Source: Sphagnum compactum (taxonomy: Eukaryota). Taken from it: DNA of 64,000 nucleotides. This document shows, one piece after another, positions 1-12,153 of this stretch (the stretch's first letter is position 1; every line of letters begins with the position of its first letter). The position numbers and the translations under genes were made by a program. The stretch lies in assembly GCA_965153455.1 (NCBI GenBank), contig OZ234493.1, positions 744,001 to 808,000 of the forward strand, written 5' to 3'. The notes beneath the pieces were generated by a model. It worked only from the letters and a program-made list of their open reading frames with translations. It was not told the DNA's origin and did not search any database.

Positions 1-800
1 AAGAAACAACAAGGCTAACACTTCCTCAAGAAGCCACAGAAAGAACCAAACAAGGGAAGACAAGAAACAAAAGAAAAACAAAATTCAGAATATCAGATTG
101 GGCAAGATTGGAGACCACATATGCACCAACAGGAGAATTAAGAGATATCAGGAAATACAGAATGACAGATCTGGACAACACAGAATGAAGGATCTGGAAT
201 ACTGGAGCCGATGATTTTGATTCAAGAGATACTGCTAAGGAAACCACTGTTGAAATACTTAAAATTGTCAATGAGGCAGTAGATGATACTTCATCCACCA
301 TTGGAAGCTCAAGTGTGAAGCAATTGCATGAAACAACAACTTATGGAGCTTGAATCCACAGGGTCATTATGCCACAGTAGACACAGTACCTGATGATATC
401 ATTTCCAAGACCATGTCTATTTCATAATATTATAGTTTTCAGTCATCTTAGAGTTTGCACACAGAAGGAAAAAACACCTAATATCAGCCATACTACTGGC
501 TAGCAACAGACACCACAACAAAGACCAGATAAAGAAACAAAGAACGACAGAAAGGGAAAGGACAGGGAAAGACAAATGAAACAGCTAGGAAAACTCACTG
601 GGTACCCACGTGTGCCACTAAAATCTAGTCCCACAACAGCCATCTCAGATATTGATGGGCTTCGGTGTTGCTCAGATTTCTGCATTCACCCATTTCAGAT
701 ATCATTTAGTGTTCAGCATTGTATGTGACATGTGAGTGCATAATAACTTCAACATATTGTAATTTCCATTTGGCCATCACAAAGGACTAGGGTTTTAGGG

Positions 801-1760
801 TTAACTTGCCAATTTTGCTTCTATAGCTGCCTTACCACCACGCCCAAGGTGGCTTACTTTTGCAATTGCCCCTCTTGCATCAACCATGTGTTCACTTTTA
901 GTCTTGGTGTCACGTTGTTGCCAATATATTACTAATTTGTCCCATTGTTCTCGGTCCACTCCAAGTGGGCAGGCTTTGGCACCTTTCTGTGCATACCTTC
1001 TTTTTAAGCGTGCTCTTTCTCCTTTCATATATCGCCTTACACAATTCCTAAAGCCAGCAGCACTTAATTCACCACCTACATATTCAAATTTCCCATCCAA
1101 GTGCAAGCGGAGTCTAGCCATGTCTATAGGGTCCTGTTCTGTAACCTTAACCACTGCCATGTTCAAAGTCCGAGGTGCTAGAGACCTAATTGCACCATCC
1201 CATGCATCCTTCCCTTCACATGCACCATCAATTTGGCCATGCCTTGTCACTTGCACCTTATGGCCTGGCAAGCCTTTCTCCTTTCGTTCTTGGGCTTCAA
1301 ATTCTATAGCTTGCTTTGAAGCCCGTTGTTGCATACGACTTTCAGCGAAAACCTTGAGCTGGGCATCTACTTCTATTTCATTGTCCAAGGCCATGTCTGG
1401 TGCTTGCCCGCCCATGGGTGAATGTGGTTGCACCCTTTGACATAGCCCCTGATCACATACACCCCCTCCTTCACCCCATGTTGATTCACACATGTTGCTT
1501 CTAGCCCTTCCACAAGTGGCACAACAATTTGTAAGTCCCTTGTGCCCAGGGCTCAATCTTACCTTCCAATTAAGACATTGTGACACTTGGCAACAACTCC
1601 ACTGTCTTGTCTGCCCACATTGTCCAGCATTCCATGTGCATTCTGAACTTCCAACACCATGTTTACATGCCTGATTATTGCACCTTGCAAAGTCACCACC
1701 ATGCTTGCCACTTTGTACTGTTGCCGATGTGTTCTTTTGTAGCCCAGTGGCATTCACCAT
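801..1760 (-). mobile_element. CACTA (En/Spm) TnpA-like / Transposase_24-like ORF with Cys-rich N-terminal region; probably one exon of a spliced gene
   Basis: Open 319-codon ORF. Its C-terminal part CPLGVDREQWDKLVIYW...KSEHMVDAR...HLGRGGKAAIEAKL fits the W..L..YW...KS..M..AR...H.G..G pattern of plant Ptta/En/Spm proteins. A candidate GC donor (TTG|GCAAGT at 809) and acceptor (CAG| at 680) would add KSEQHRSPSISEM (679-599), resembling the family's 'R.P+..E' motif. No CACTA termini were seen. Confidence 0.55.
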
Positions 1761-3077
1761 ATTGATTTCTGGTTCGGTTTCAACCTGAGCTTTCTTTCAT
1801 GTTACTTTCTTTTCTCAAGCACACACACAACATGTTATACATAGGGAATGGGTAGAAGCTAGCAAAAAATACAGTCTGGTCATATATTGTCAACATGAGA
1901 CATGTAAATCCAAAAAAAACAGAGATTCCTATGGCAAACTTTTCAATCATGAACAACCCTAATCACACAAATAGGGCTATATATCAAAGGCATGCACATA
2001 AAGACTGATGACATTGAAGACAACCAACAAAGTTTTTGGTAAGAAATTCAGAAAACACCTTCCCATGAGGTATAACTTTATAGAGGAAATCCAATTTTCT
2101 TTTGTATCCAGCCAAAAGTTCTATGGAAAGAACATACGGATCACTAAGGTAATCCAGTGATGAATCATGACAGATAGGATCTTTCTACAGAAGAAGGGCA
2201 CACGAAGAGATAATGGAGCACAACCAACAGCAAGGGATTGACTTTGGACTTCCGAACCTTTTGGGATGCACAACAGAAAGTTTAGGACCTTCTTAGGTAC
2301 CCATTAAAACATAACATAGGACTGTTACAAACTTGGCTACACAACCTTCTTTCTAAGTCATACGATTTGGAAAGTACAGAATGAAGGACAACCATCCATT
2401 TCTTCCTACTGTTGTGGCAGCAAGATTGAACCTTTGACGTTCAATTTTCCCATTTGAATCCATAAATCTCCCATAATTTTTTCATTAGCAAAGATACTAA
2501 AAGAACAAAAAGCTTCTTTAACTTAGGCACATACGAAGAGTTTTAAATCAATAACAGAATTGGTGAGCTTTTCCAATATTGTGGTTCCATGGACAATCTC
2601 CACCAAATCGTGCAACGTAACAAAACAAATGTTGTGTCTTTTCCAGCCTGTGAGTACCATAATCATCATCATCCTCTTCACTGTGAATGGCAGTGGGTAC
2701 AATTAAATAGATGATAATATGCTCACACCTCGTGCAAAATTTCGGAAAAGCAGATCAGAGATACATACTCAAGTGATCAAGAGCTGAAGGAGGCATGACC
2801 CCTGAAATGCAACCACAGCCACCAATCACCAAATAGAACATTGAAAACACATCCATTAGCTCCCTCTGTCACAAAGTGGAGATCAATTCCAGACAAAAAT
2901 CTTTCCTTCCATTGACCTTAATTCATCACAAAAGTCTTATACAACTGTGCATCTCATACCTTTATCTCCATTTTCAAGATGTGGCTGTCACCTACATTCC
3001 AAGGACAGGTTTTGCATGTGAAATGGCTTTCAAGAGGGGTTCCTCATGTTGTGCTAGTTGATGCGTTGATCTTGCAG

Positions 3078-4198
3078 GTCTTGCATCTCTCAGAGGTCAT
3101 CTGATCTATGATGATACATCTGAGGCAGCTGAGGAATTAGATAGATCCAACAATGTGTCCGATGGAAAATTTGATATGGTAGAAGATGAGAGAGTTGCTA
3201 AAGCAGTCATCGGAGAAGTCAATCTCCGTAAGCAGGAAGAGGACATAGCTGGTGAATCGGCTACTGCTGCTGCCCACATGTCCCCTCTTTTTGAAACTAG
3301 ACCTGCTCCAACTCTACAGCATAAGCCTGCATTTCCTGCAGAAGAGCCAAAGTTGGAAGAGATTGAAGGACAAGGGTTACATCTGAACTGTCTTGATGAA
3401 CTTTATACATCTCTTGAAGCTGAAAATTGTGATACATTTATGTCAGTGGGAACACTGGACATCTCTGAGGGGCTCCTCCCTGAGAGGAATCTGGAGATGC
3501 CAAGGGATGACAGATCTAAAACTGAGGTAAATTAGAAGGAGCAGAGACCTTGTGAGGAACAAACTATGGTCTTTGCAACTAACACCAATCACCCAGTTGC
3601 TTCAAAGCAGATGCTAGACAATGCAGGGGATTACCCAGTGGAAACTTATGAGAAACAAGAAGATGAGAGCTCTGGAGACACATCTGCTGAGGTGTCCCTG
3701 AATTTCAATCCAAGTCATGCTCCAACTATGCAGGACAATTTTGTGGTCCCTGCAAAGGAGCTGGTGACAATTGATGGTGTGGGTGAATATGTGCATCTTA
3801 CTATTCCAATTCTTCTTTTCTCTGTTGCCTCAGATAAAGATGTAGAGTAGTTGGATTATGACAACTATCCAGTATCTCGAAATGGAACCTGTAATGCTAC
3901 AGAACAGCTGGAAGAACTAGCTAAGATAGAAGGATTTCAAGGGGTCAATGATTTGGATGAAAAAAAAACCAGCTTACCTACTGGCGAAGGTACCCACTTG
4001 AACTCATGTATGAAGACATTACATGCTCCAAGCATGCAAGAGAGTTGTGCATATCAGGCAATGAAGACAGCTTCAGAGAAAGATTCAGGTGAATCAGTGG
4101 ATCTGCAATCCAGCCACACTCTATTGGGTACCTCACCTGCTGCAACTGGAGACAATGAAGAAGAGACAACAAGTGGGGAACTGATATTTCCAAACTAG
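3078..4198 (+). pseudogene. Decayed exon of an acidic, internally repetitive protein of unknown function
   Basis: ORFs 3155-3535, 3566-3850 and 3851-4198 are in one frame, separated by TAG stops. Three peptide repeats: PAPTLQHKPAFPAEE..GLHL, HAPTMQDNFVVPAKE..YVHL, HAPSMQESCAYQAMK..SVDL. An acceptor-like CTTGCAG ends at 3077. Confidence 0.55.
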
Positions 4199-6046
4199 AT
4201 GTAAAGAACACGCTAGGGTGAAATCAGATACAGTTTAGGGTTCATGAATGACCTTGTCAATGAATGAGGCTGAGTAGCATCAGTGGTTCTGCTCAAATGG
4301 TGCCGAGGGGTACAACATTCCACGCCCTCCATAAAACTTCACATCAAGTAGCCAACGAAGGCATACAAAGTTAGAAATCTTGTGCAAGCAATCTTCTGCA
4401 TATTCTTTTGTCCCCATACAAACAAATGCCTAACACCTACTTGTTATACTCATGCATTAGTATGTGATTGAGCTCCATCCACAATGCCTAACCCCTACTT
4501 GTTACACTCCTGCCTAACATACTGGAAAAGGCAAAGGCACCACATAACTTAGAAACTCTCCGATGTCTCGCAAATTCACCACATCGTCTGAAAAATCCTA
4601 GCTTAGAGAGTGCAATATGTTGGTGATCGATATGATGTTTTAAGTCTAGATAACACAAGGGGCAAGACAAGCAACTTGGGTGCCAAGACAAGGTGGCCTT
4701 GGGCATCACAAAAATAGACCCTATGTTGCATGGTCCCAAGAAGGGTACACTGTGATAAAGTCACCTTACCCTGCACCTGTATGGGGCCGAGGACACGACA
4801 GCCCACGGCTTATGACAGAATGATTTTAAGTTGTGTAAGGGCCATGACACTGTGGGCTGGGTTCCCTGACACTATGACATGGGCCCATGACAAAATGGAA
4901 TGGACTTAGGTTACCAAAGGGTAGGACACGAATGCATCACTACCCAAGAACTTCAAGCTCCCTTAAATAAACAATTGCAAACAACATATAAAAAGGGATA
5001 ATAACTTTTTTTTTCCAACTTTAGAAGTTTTATTTTTGATTAAAATTAATTAATATAGCCTAAGTACAAATTTTATTTTTTGTAACTATATTTTTAATTA
5101 TAATTGAATTGAATCAATATAAAAATATAAAGTTATATTATTAAATTTATTTTTATTATAATTGAAAATCTATTAATAATTACCTTAAATCTTGGGCATG
5201 ACACGTGGTGCCTTTGTGTACAACAACTAAAAAAAACCAGCAGAAGATGGCGATGAGCCCAGATCCCGGCTCATCATCCTCTTTTGCACTTGAAGGAAAA
5301 AATCAAGAGATGACAACGAACCAATATGGACCACCACCCCTTCTCAAAATGAAATAGAGGAGTTTTTCCTATCTAAAAGAATCAAATTTAGAACAAAACA
5401 TTACCTAAAGACCTCTTTGCCCTTTTGGTCTTGCATCACCTCGTGAAGTTTATGTTTTTACTAAAAGCCACCAGAAGATATGCCATAGAAAACACCTATC
5501 CTCCTAAAATTCTCAAGAATTTCCACAACAAATCATAGATCACCAGAACATAATGGGCAAATACATTTTGCAAGTAAGAGTAGAAAAACAAAATAGGAAT
5601 TGTCCGAGTAGAATATTGTGAGCTTGTGCAAGCAATGCAAGAATTCAAGGCAAGGTGGCCTCACCACAAAACGATAATCACAATGAAAACACATGAGGCA
5701 ACATGGCCTCACCACATGCCAGTATTTTTGAATAAAGCTCAAGGCCTCTTAAAAAACAAGAGTGAATTGTTTAATGTATTGCATGCACCCATTTACAAAA
5801 TCACTAGTTCAAGTATTCTCAAAATCTCTGAAAATTTGAAAATTTGTCAAATGTACTATGCCCATTTACAAATTGAATAAAATGAATTTCCAACACACAC
5901 AATAAACTCTAACCAGCATCACTGGTGTGGTTCCTTTTGGCTAGGAGCTTGTCTAAATGCTCTATACCACACAACCCCTTTCCTCCTTACTTTTGCATTT
6001 GTCAGGGGGTGGTGACATCCCTAGTATAGGAAGGTACAGTAATGAA

Positions 6047-6320
6047 GCATCAGGTGGCAATGTAGTCAGTGAGATCACAAAAACCCAGGAGATGCATCAG
6101 GTGGTGATGTAGTCAGTGAGTTCACAGTTGAGAAGAAACCCAGGAGATGCATCAGGTGGTGATGTAGCTAGTGAGCTCACACTTGAGAAAAAACCCAGGA
6201 GATGACAAGAAGCCGGGAGCCTCCCAGCTCGTCGTCATCTTTTCCATTAGAGGAAAAAAACTAAGAGACAACGACGAGCTGGGAGGCTCATTGTCGTCTT
6301 CTACACCTAAGAAACTAACT
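6047..6320. repeat. Three ~40-60 bp tandem copies (GCATCAGGTGGTGATGTAGTCAGTGAG...AAACCCAGGAGAT) followed by a GATGAC/GAGC...TCGTCATCTT repeat-family segment also seen at ~5245-5320
   Basis: Direct inspection of the repeated units. Confidence 0.75.
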
Positions 6321-8617
6321 AAGAAATGATAACAAGCACTAGTAAAAATCAATCAAAATGTAACCACTCCATTTACGACTACATGCGACTTATAGTCGTT
6401 TGCGATTGGATTTGGGAATATTTGCAACTACAAAACCAAATTTCAACTATTTTGGTCATTCTCACAACTATGATGCAACTATTAAAATTTTCATCCTATT
6501 GCTTGGATCAATTTACATTCATTTTCATCCATTAATAGGTTGATATGTCCCATTAGTCGCAGTAGTCACCAAATTAGTTGCATCCTAAATGTATTCTACA
6601 ATGACATACGGGTGTATTTTAATGTATGTACTAAAATTATATATATATGCATACGTATGTATATTGTTCATATAATGAATCTCAAAATTAATATTTGAAC
6701 TTTGAATTTTTTATTCAAATCTGAAAATTGATATTGCGATTATGAAAACTACTATTTTAGTTTTTAAAAACAATATTAGAAATTGAAACTTGATATTTGA
6801 ATCTGAAAATTGTTATTTCAATTGTTTAAAAGATTATTTGAATTTCAAATTTTTTATTTGAATATGATATTTTCAATTTAAATTCAAAAAGGCTTCTTTG
6901 ATCTAAAAATTGATATTTGAATTCTAAATTCATGTTTTTGAATCCAAAACTTAGTATTTCAATTCAGAAAGTTATTAATTGTTTATAAAAATGGACATTT
7001 TAATTTTGAATATTTTCATATGAATATGGAAATTTATATTTCAATTTCGAAAAAATTTCATTTAACTTTTCAATAATCATTTGATTTGAACCTGAAATTT
7101 CAATTCCAAATTATTATTTGGGATTTTCAAAATTAATACTTCTAGTTTGAAAATTATTAAAGAGTGGCTCGCTTCATTTAAAAAATTTACTTTAAGATTT
7201 TCCAAAGTGCATTTTTTACGTCAAAAATGTAAACTTGTATATTTATAAAAGTATTCATCTATTTCAAAACTCAAGGACATTTGACCACATAATATAATAT
7301 ATAGCTTAGGCTACATTCTTTGTGAAAAAAACTTTTCTTAATTCCACATAATTATGGTATGAAAGACTTTATCATTTTCATTAATTGTTGGTGTCATTAA
7401 GAATTTATAAAACTTTCATATGATATTGAAATAGTTTGAAGGAACTCATTTTGAATTACAAACCAAGGTTCAAAATTTGAAAAGTCTATGCAATTATTTC
7501 TTTACAAATTCTAATCATAGTGAGTCCATTTTTAACTTTATAAGGATTGTGATCTTACAACTGGTTTTTGGTTTAAAGTCCCTCATTTGATCTAAAGCTT
7601 TTGGTTTCAAATAATTTCATTGTTGTATCACGGTAAATTTCATAAGAATTATAATATTAAGATATTTTCATAAAATTGAAATAAGATTTGAAAATAGACA
7701 CATTGCAATCCATAAAGGTGCCAAAAAAATGAAGAATGTGACATTAAAAAATGGATATCCTTGTAGACACCCTAAAAGAAGGGGTTCTTTTGCCGATTTT
7801 TTGATGGCAAACCAAATGAAGGGGGCAATGTTGCTTCTAAACCACCTATGAATGACTTTTCAACCTGCTATGAACCACCTTTGAACCAATCTTGGCATGT
7901 TCTCAACTAAAGAGTTTTAGGTCTAGGTTATAGGTTGGGTTCTAAGGTTTTCAAACTGGATATTCCAAGTTTTGATCATTGGAAACTAATTAGTGAAACA
8001 CTTTCTTTTCAAAATTGGTGGAATGGGGGTGTTGCCTTTGTTTAAACAAGTTCAAATTCTTTAAGTACACAAGTACAATTTAATTTTAAAAATATATAAA
8101 CTTGGCCCTACACTTTAAATAAGTTAGTGCAATTGATTGGTAAGTAATATTATATAATTTTTATCTTAAGCTATGTGCATTAGTTGAACAAATTAATATT
8201 ATGCAAAAAATAATTTTTATTCAATGTTTGTAGTGAAGATGGAACTAAGTCATGTTTTAAATTAAATTAATTTAAAATTCCTTTGGGAAATTGATTAGAA
8301 TTGAAAGTTTTAGAAATCCAAAAAACCAATTTCAAAACAAAATTAAAAATTCTATCAAAAACCAAAAAAACAAAACTAGGACCAAATGTTCCTTTTGAAA
8401 TTAAGAATTAGACAACATTGCTTTGCACCTTTTCAACCACTCATAAACCCCCTATGAACCTTTGAACCACCCATAAATAAGCATGATTTTTGTTGTTGTC
8501 TCACCTAATATTTTACCAAAAGGGCTTGGGAATTAGTATCAAGGTTTGGCAAGGATAGTTTCGATCGTTTGGTGGCTTTCTCGCTCATAACTTTTTTGTT
8601 TTTTTGTGTCTTTGTTC

Positions 8618-9178
8618 CTCCGTGTTGCCTGTGCCATTGGCCCAAGTGCATGACAAAATAGTGAAACTCAACATGTGAACATTGTTTTGCAATGTATGAA
8701 GTGATTTTTTGAACATCCAAATATGAAAGGAAATCATGCTTGAATTGAATGGTAGCCTTCAAGTGTTACCACCTTCTCAACTTATTTTTCCTTCCAAAAC
8801 CTGGTTTTTTGAAATTTATTTGAATTTTCAGAGGCAAAAATCACTTAAAAATCAAATATCTCCCACATTCTGAATCCAAATCTTACCAAATAAATCCCAT
8901 TGAATCCTACTCGTCGAAATCTTTTCAACAACACCAAAGGCACATTCCAATTCCTCCAAAATTTTCACCTACAATTTAGTTTAATTTTCAGTGAAGAAAT
9001 CATTCAATATTCAAGAACTTTTGCAGCGTAAGTCCAAATGTCATGGAACAAAGCCGATGCACCCCTCCTTGTTGAAATCTTTCCAAAGACACCAATAACA
9101 TGATCTGAAGCATCTTGGTTCAGTGGATCTCATAACTACAAAACAAAACAACACAAATTACCCTCCTTCATAGATAGA
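8618..9178 (-). mobile_element. Non-autonomous Helitron-like element (tentative)
   Basis: Minus strand starts A|TCTATCTATG at 9178, a Helitron-type 5' TC terminus after an A. It ends in a GC-rich, weakly hairpin-like stretch GGGCCAATGGCACAGGCAACAC (~8643-8622). The terminal CTRR is missing or degenerate. Confidence 0.4.
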
Positions 9179-10123
9179 TGTTCCTCTTTGTGCTTCAAAA
9201 TGTGATGGGCAAGGAGAACTATAGTTTGCAAAACTTTTAAACCCTAAACCCTCTATGCATTCAACTTCTTACAAGGTTTAGAGACATTCAATGCTAAAAT
9301 GTTGATTTGGATGGTAGTGAAAAAAAACCTTGAAAATTGATGAATGCTGTCTTTGGAATGCAAACCATGGTCAATTGTTGCCCCTTTGGAGCAATTGAAA
9401 ATTCTTTTACAAGTGACAATTTCTTCTCTGTCCTTTTGGCATTCTAATCTATAGTAACTAGAACAAGGAAAATGTTTCTTAAAACATGAGCTGCATGTTT
9501 ACAAGACAAGTTCATGCATGCATGTGCTGGTAAATTCTAGTATGACTAAAAACTCCTTGTGAGGTAAGTGATTTGGCAATCATCCACACAAGAGGACGTA
9601 GTTCAAATTTGGCTCCAGGTCGGAGAGGAAAGTAGAAAAATTGATGAATCATGTTATATTTTGGCAACATTACTGTGGAATTTCAAAATGGTAGAAGCTA
9701 GCATTAACTACATTTGAGGAATCGGTTGTGGGAATGGGTGGAAGCTTGAGAGGTAAACAACAGCAACAACACTCATGTTGATTTAGGACCCCGAAGGAAG
9801 GAATTTCTTCTCTTTTCATACCTGAAGCATTGTTGACACAAGAATGTGTCCTTGTTCATATCCTTCTCGTACTCCATCCAAACATCTAGACCTATGCCTT
9901 CTAAGTATCCTCACAACACTTGGGACAAGTTTTTATTTGAACAAACAAATTTTTTTTAAAAAAAAAACTCCTCCAGTTTATTTCAGCTTTGAATAAAACA
10001 TCGAATTTGTGAGGCTGTTTTCTCTCTTCCGTGGGTTTTCCAACTGTTTCTTGCTGAAGGTTTATGGCACTCAGTTTGGATCGAATCAAAGCTTTGCGTT
10101 TTGAAGGGAGATTTAAGAGAGGC

Positions 10124-10376
10124 AGAGTGAGAGACAGAGACGGGTTGGCGGCGGACTTTTTTGGGAACAAGTTACAAGGCACACAGAGAGAGACAGAGAG
10201 AGAGAGAGAGGGGGAGAGAGAGAGGAATTCGTGGCGGAGTGTTTTAGGAAGAAGTGAGGCATCCCGAGAGAGGGAGAGGTTGTGGCGGAATCTTCTAGGC
10301 AGAAGTCGAGGCATCCTGCTCGAGAGGGGGGTATTGGTAGCGGAGTTTTTTAGGAAGAAGTTGAGGCATCCTGTTG
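10124..10376 (+). repeat. GA-rich region with 3-4 copies of a ~51-55 bp unit (GTGGCGGAGT..TTTAGGAAGAAGT.GAGGCATCC); likely 5' leader/promoter region of the VDAC gene
   Basis: Copies start at ~10231, 10282 and 10337, with a diverged copy at ~10146. (GA)n tract at ~10185-10224. Confidence 0.7.
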
Positions 10377-12153
10377 GGGATCAGCGGATTTGATGTTGCA
10401 TTGATGTCGTTGGTGTTGTTGGTGATGGGAGCTCTGTGTGATTGGCAAATTTTGATGAGCTATTTCTATTGTTGTTTCTGTGTGGCCGTGTGTGGACGCG
10501 TTTTCTTCAGTCATTTTAAGCGTCGCAGTATGGAGTGCTTATGATGGTGCCATTGTGTTTCTCCGACTCGGTCTAGGTGCCAAAAGGTGCGAAGGCGGAG
10601 GAAGTAACGTTCGCAAGGCGCCAGCAACCTTTCGGTACCTTAAAAGCTTTTCCGATTTCTGAAGATGTTCGATTCCTCTGATGACAGATAAAGAAGATTG
10701 CCCCACTTTTTTCTTCCACCTTCCAGTGAAAATTGTGCGAAAAAAGTGCCAAGCTACTTGCCATTTTATAAAGACCTTGATCTTGTGGGAGTTCGTTTAC
10801 GGTTTCTGGGATGCGGTACAATTTGGACGATATAAACCAGACGAGGGGAAGGTTTCACTTCTTTTCAAGTGTAAGAAGTTGTGCAAATTTTATGCATTCC
10901 AAGTTTCTTCAAGGAGTAACAATCTGAGTCTATCTGCTTGCCAGATTGACTTCCACTCTGCATTCTGGTTGAAGAAGAGCACCGTCTTCTCCTTTTGCGC
11001 TTTTGGTAGGATTTGGAGCTATTCATACCACGGGGACCTGCCCGCTTTCAAAATGACGTAGCAAATATAGTGATCTTTTGGGGAAGATGCGCCTTGATCA
11101 CTCGGCCATATAAGAAAGATGAAGAAGGAGCAAATCCACTTTCTTTGCAAGCCAAATTGCTAATGCCTTCGCATTCTCTTAGATCAACGCCACACACGAT
11201 TGCATTGCCATCCATAAACATCAGGCTACAGTTGATGGTCCCAACTTTCCACCACAATTGCACATGAGAGCTCTTCCCGAAGTCATCTCTCCCCGTCTCT
11301 CACCGCCCCTCTTTTATGGTCAGATCTTACTGGGCAAGATGGTCTCGTTATCTATGTCTCGGAACAGCCCACCTTAACCATCAAAATATTCTACACATGG
11401 GACCACAAAGCACATCCATGTTGTGTAATGCGAGTGTTATAGCGACAGCAAGGAGGAGATCCATGTTCCTGCTATCAAGCTCCGTGTTCCTGCTTCGTGT
11501 ACTCTCTTTATGCTCATGATTAGCGGGAGCAATCACAAATTTTTCCAAGCTGAAAACTCACCAGTTCCTGTCTTCGATTAACCTTCTCTTCAAAGTGTTG
11601 TCAGTGGTGGAATCAACTGTATTCTATCTCATCTTGGATCTTCTTTCTGCTGATTGCTTCCTGAATGACAAGCTTTGACAAGTCCAGACAAATGCAACCA
11701 CTCTGTCTCCATACTCTCTCAAACAAGTCTCTTCGGTTTTTGGCAAATTTTCATACATAATGTTAAGTAGCAGCCATCTGTCCCTTCTCCCACACAAGCA
11801 CATACAGTTCATGTCATCCTCTCTGTGATTGTTCTCTTCTTCCTTGTGCAATACTACAGTTTATACCTTCCAATGCTTTGTGAGGATGAAGAACATGCAT
11901 TGTCTTCTGTGTGATCCATTGTCTAAGAAGTTTTTGCAATCTTGTTCATTGAATTTATTTCATTGCAGTGATATGATAGTGTGCTTTGTGGTCCCATGTG
12001 TAGAATATCGTCATTATTCTGGATCTCTGAAGCTCCTTGATAGCTAAAAGGACACCCTTGTCTTGTCTGTGTGCCTTCTCAAAGCACCGCAGTCTGCCCT
12101 GCATTTCTTCCAGTTGCCTCCTGTCTTAACCAAGCAAGGGACCTGAAGCAAAG

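Noticed and set aside
788..803. Telomere-like TAGGGTTTTAGGGTTA
   Set aside because: Only two degenerate units inside a probable intron; not a telomeric array.
2320..4330. Complete LTR retrotransposon boundaries
   Set aside because: TG..CA-like ends occur at ~2329 and ~4317, but no paired LTR, TSD or gag/pol was found.
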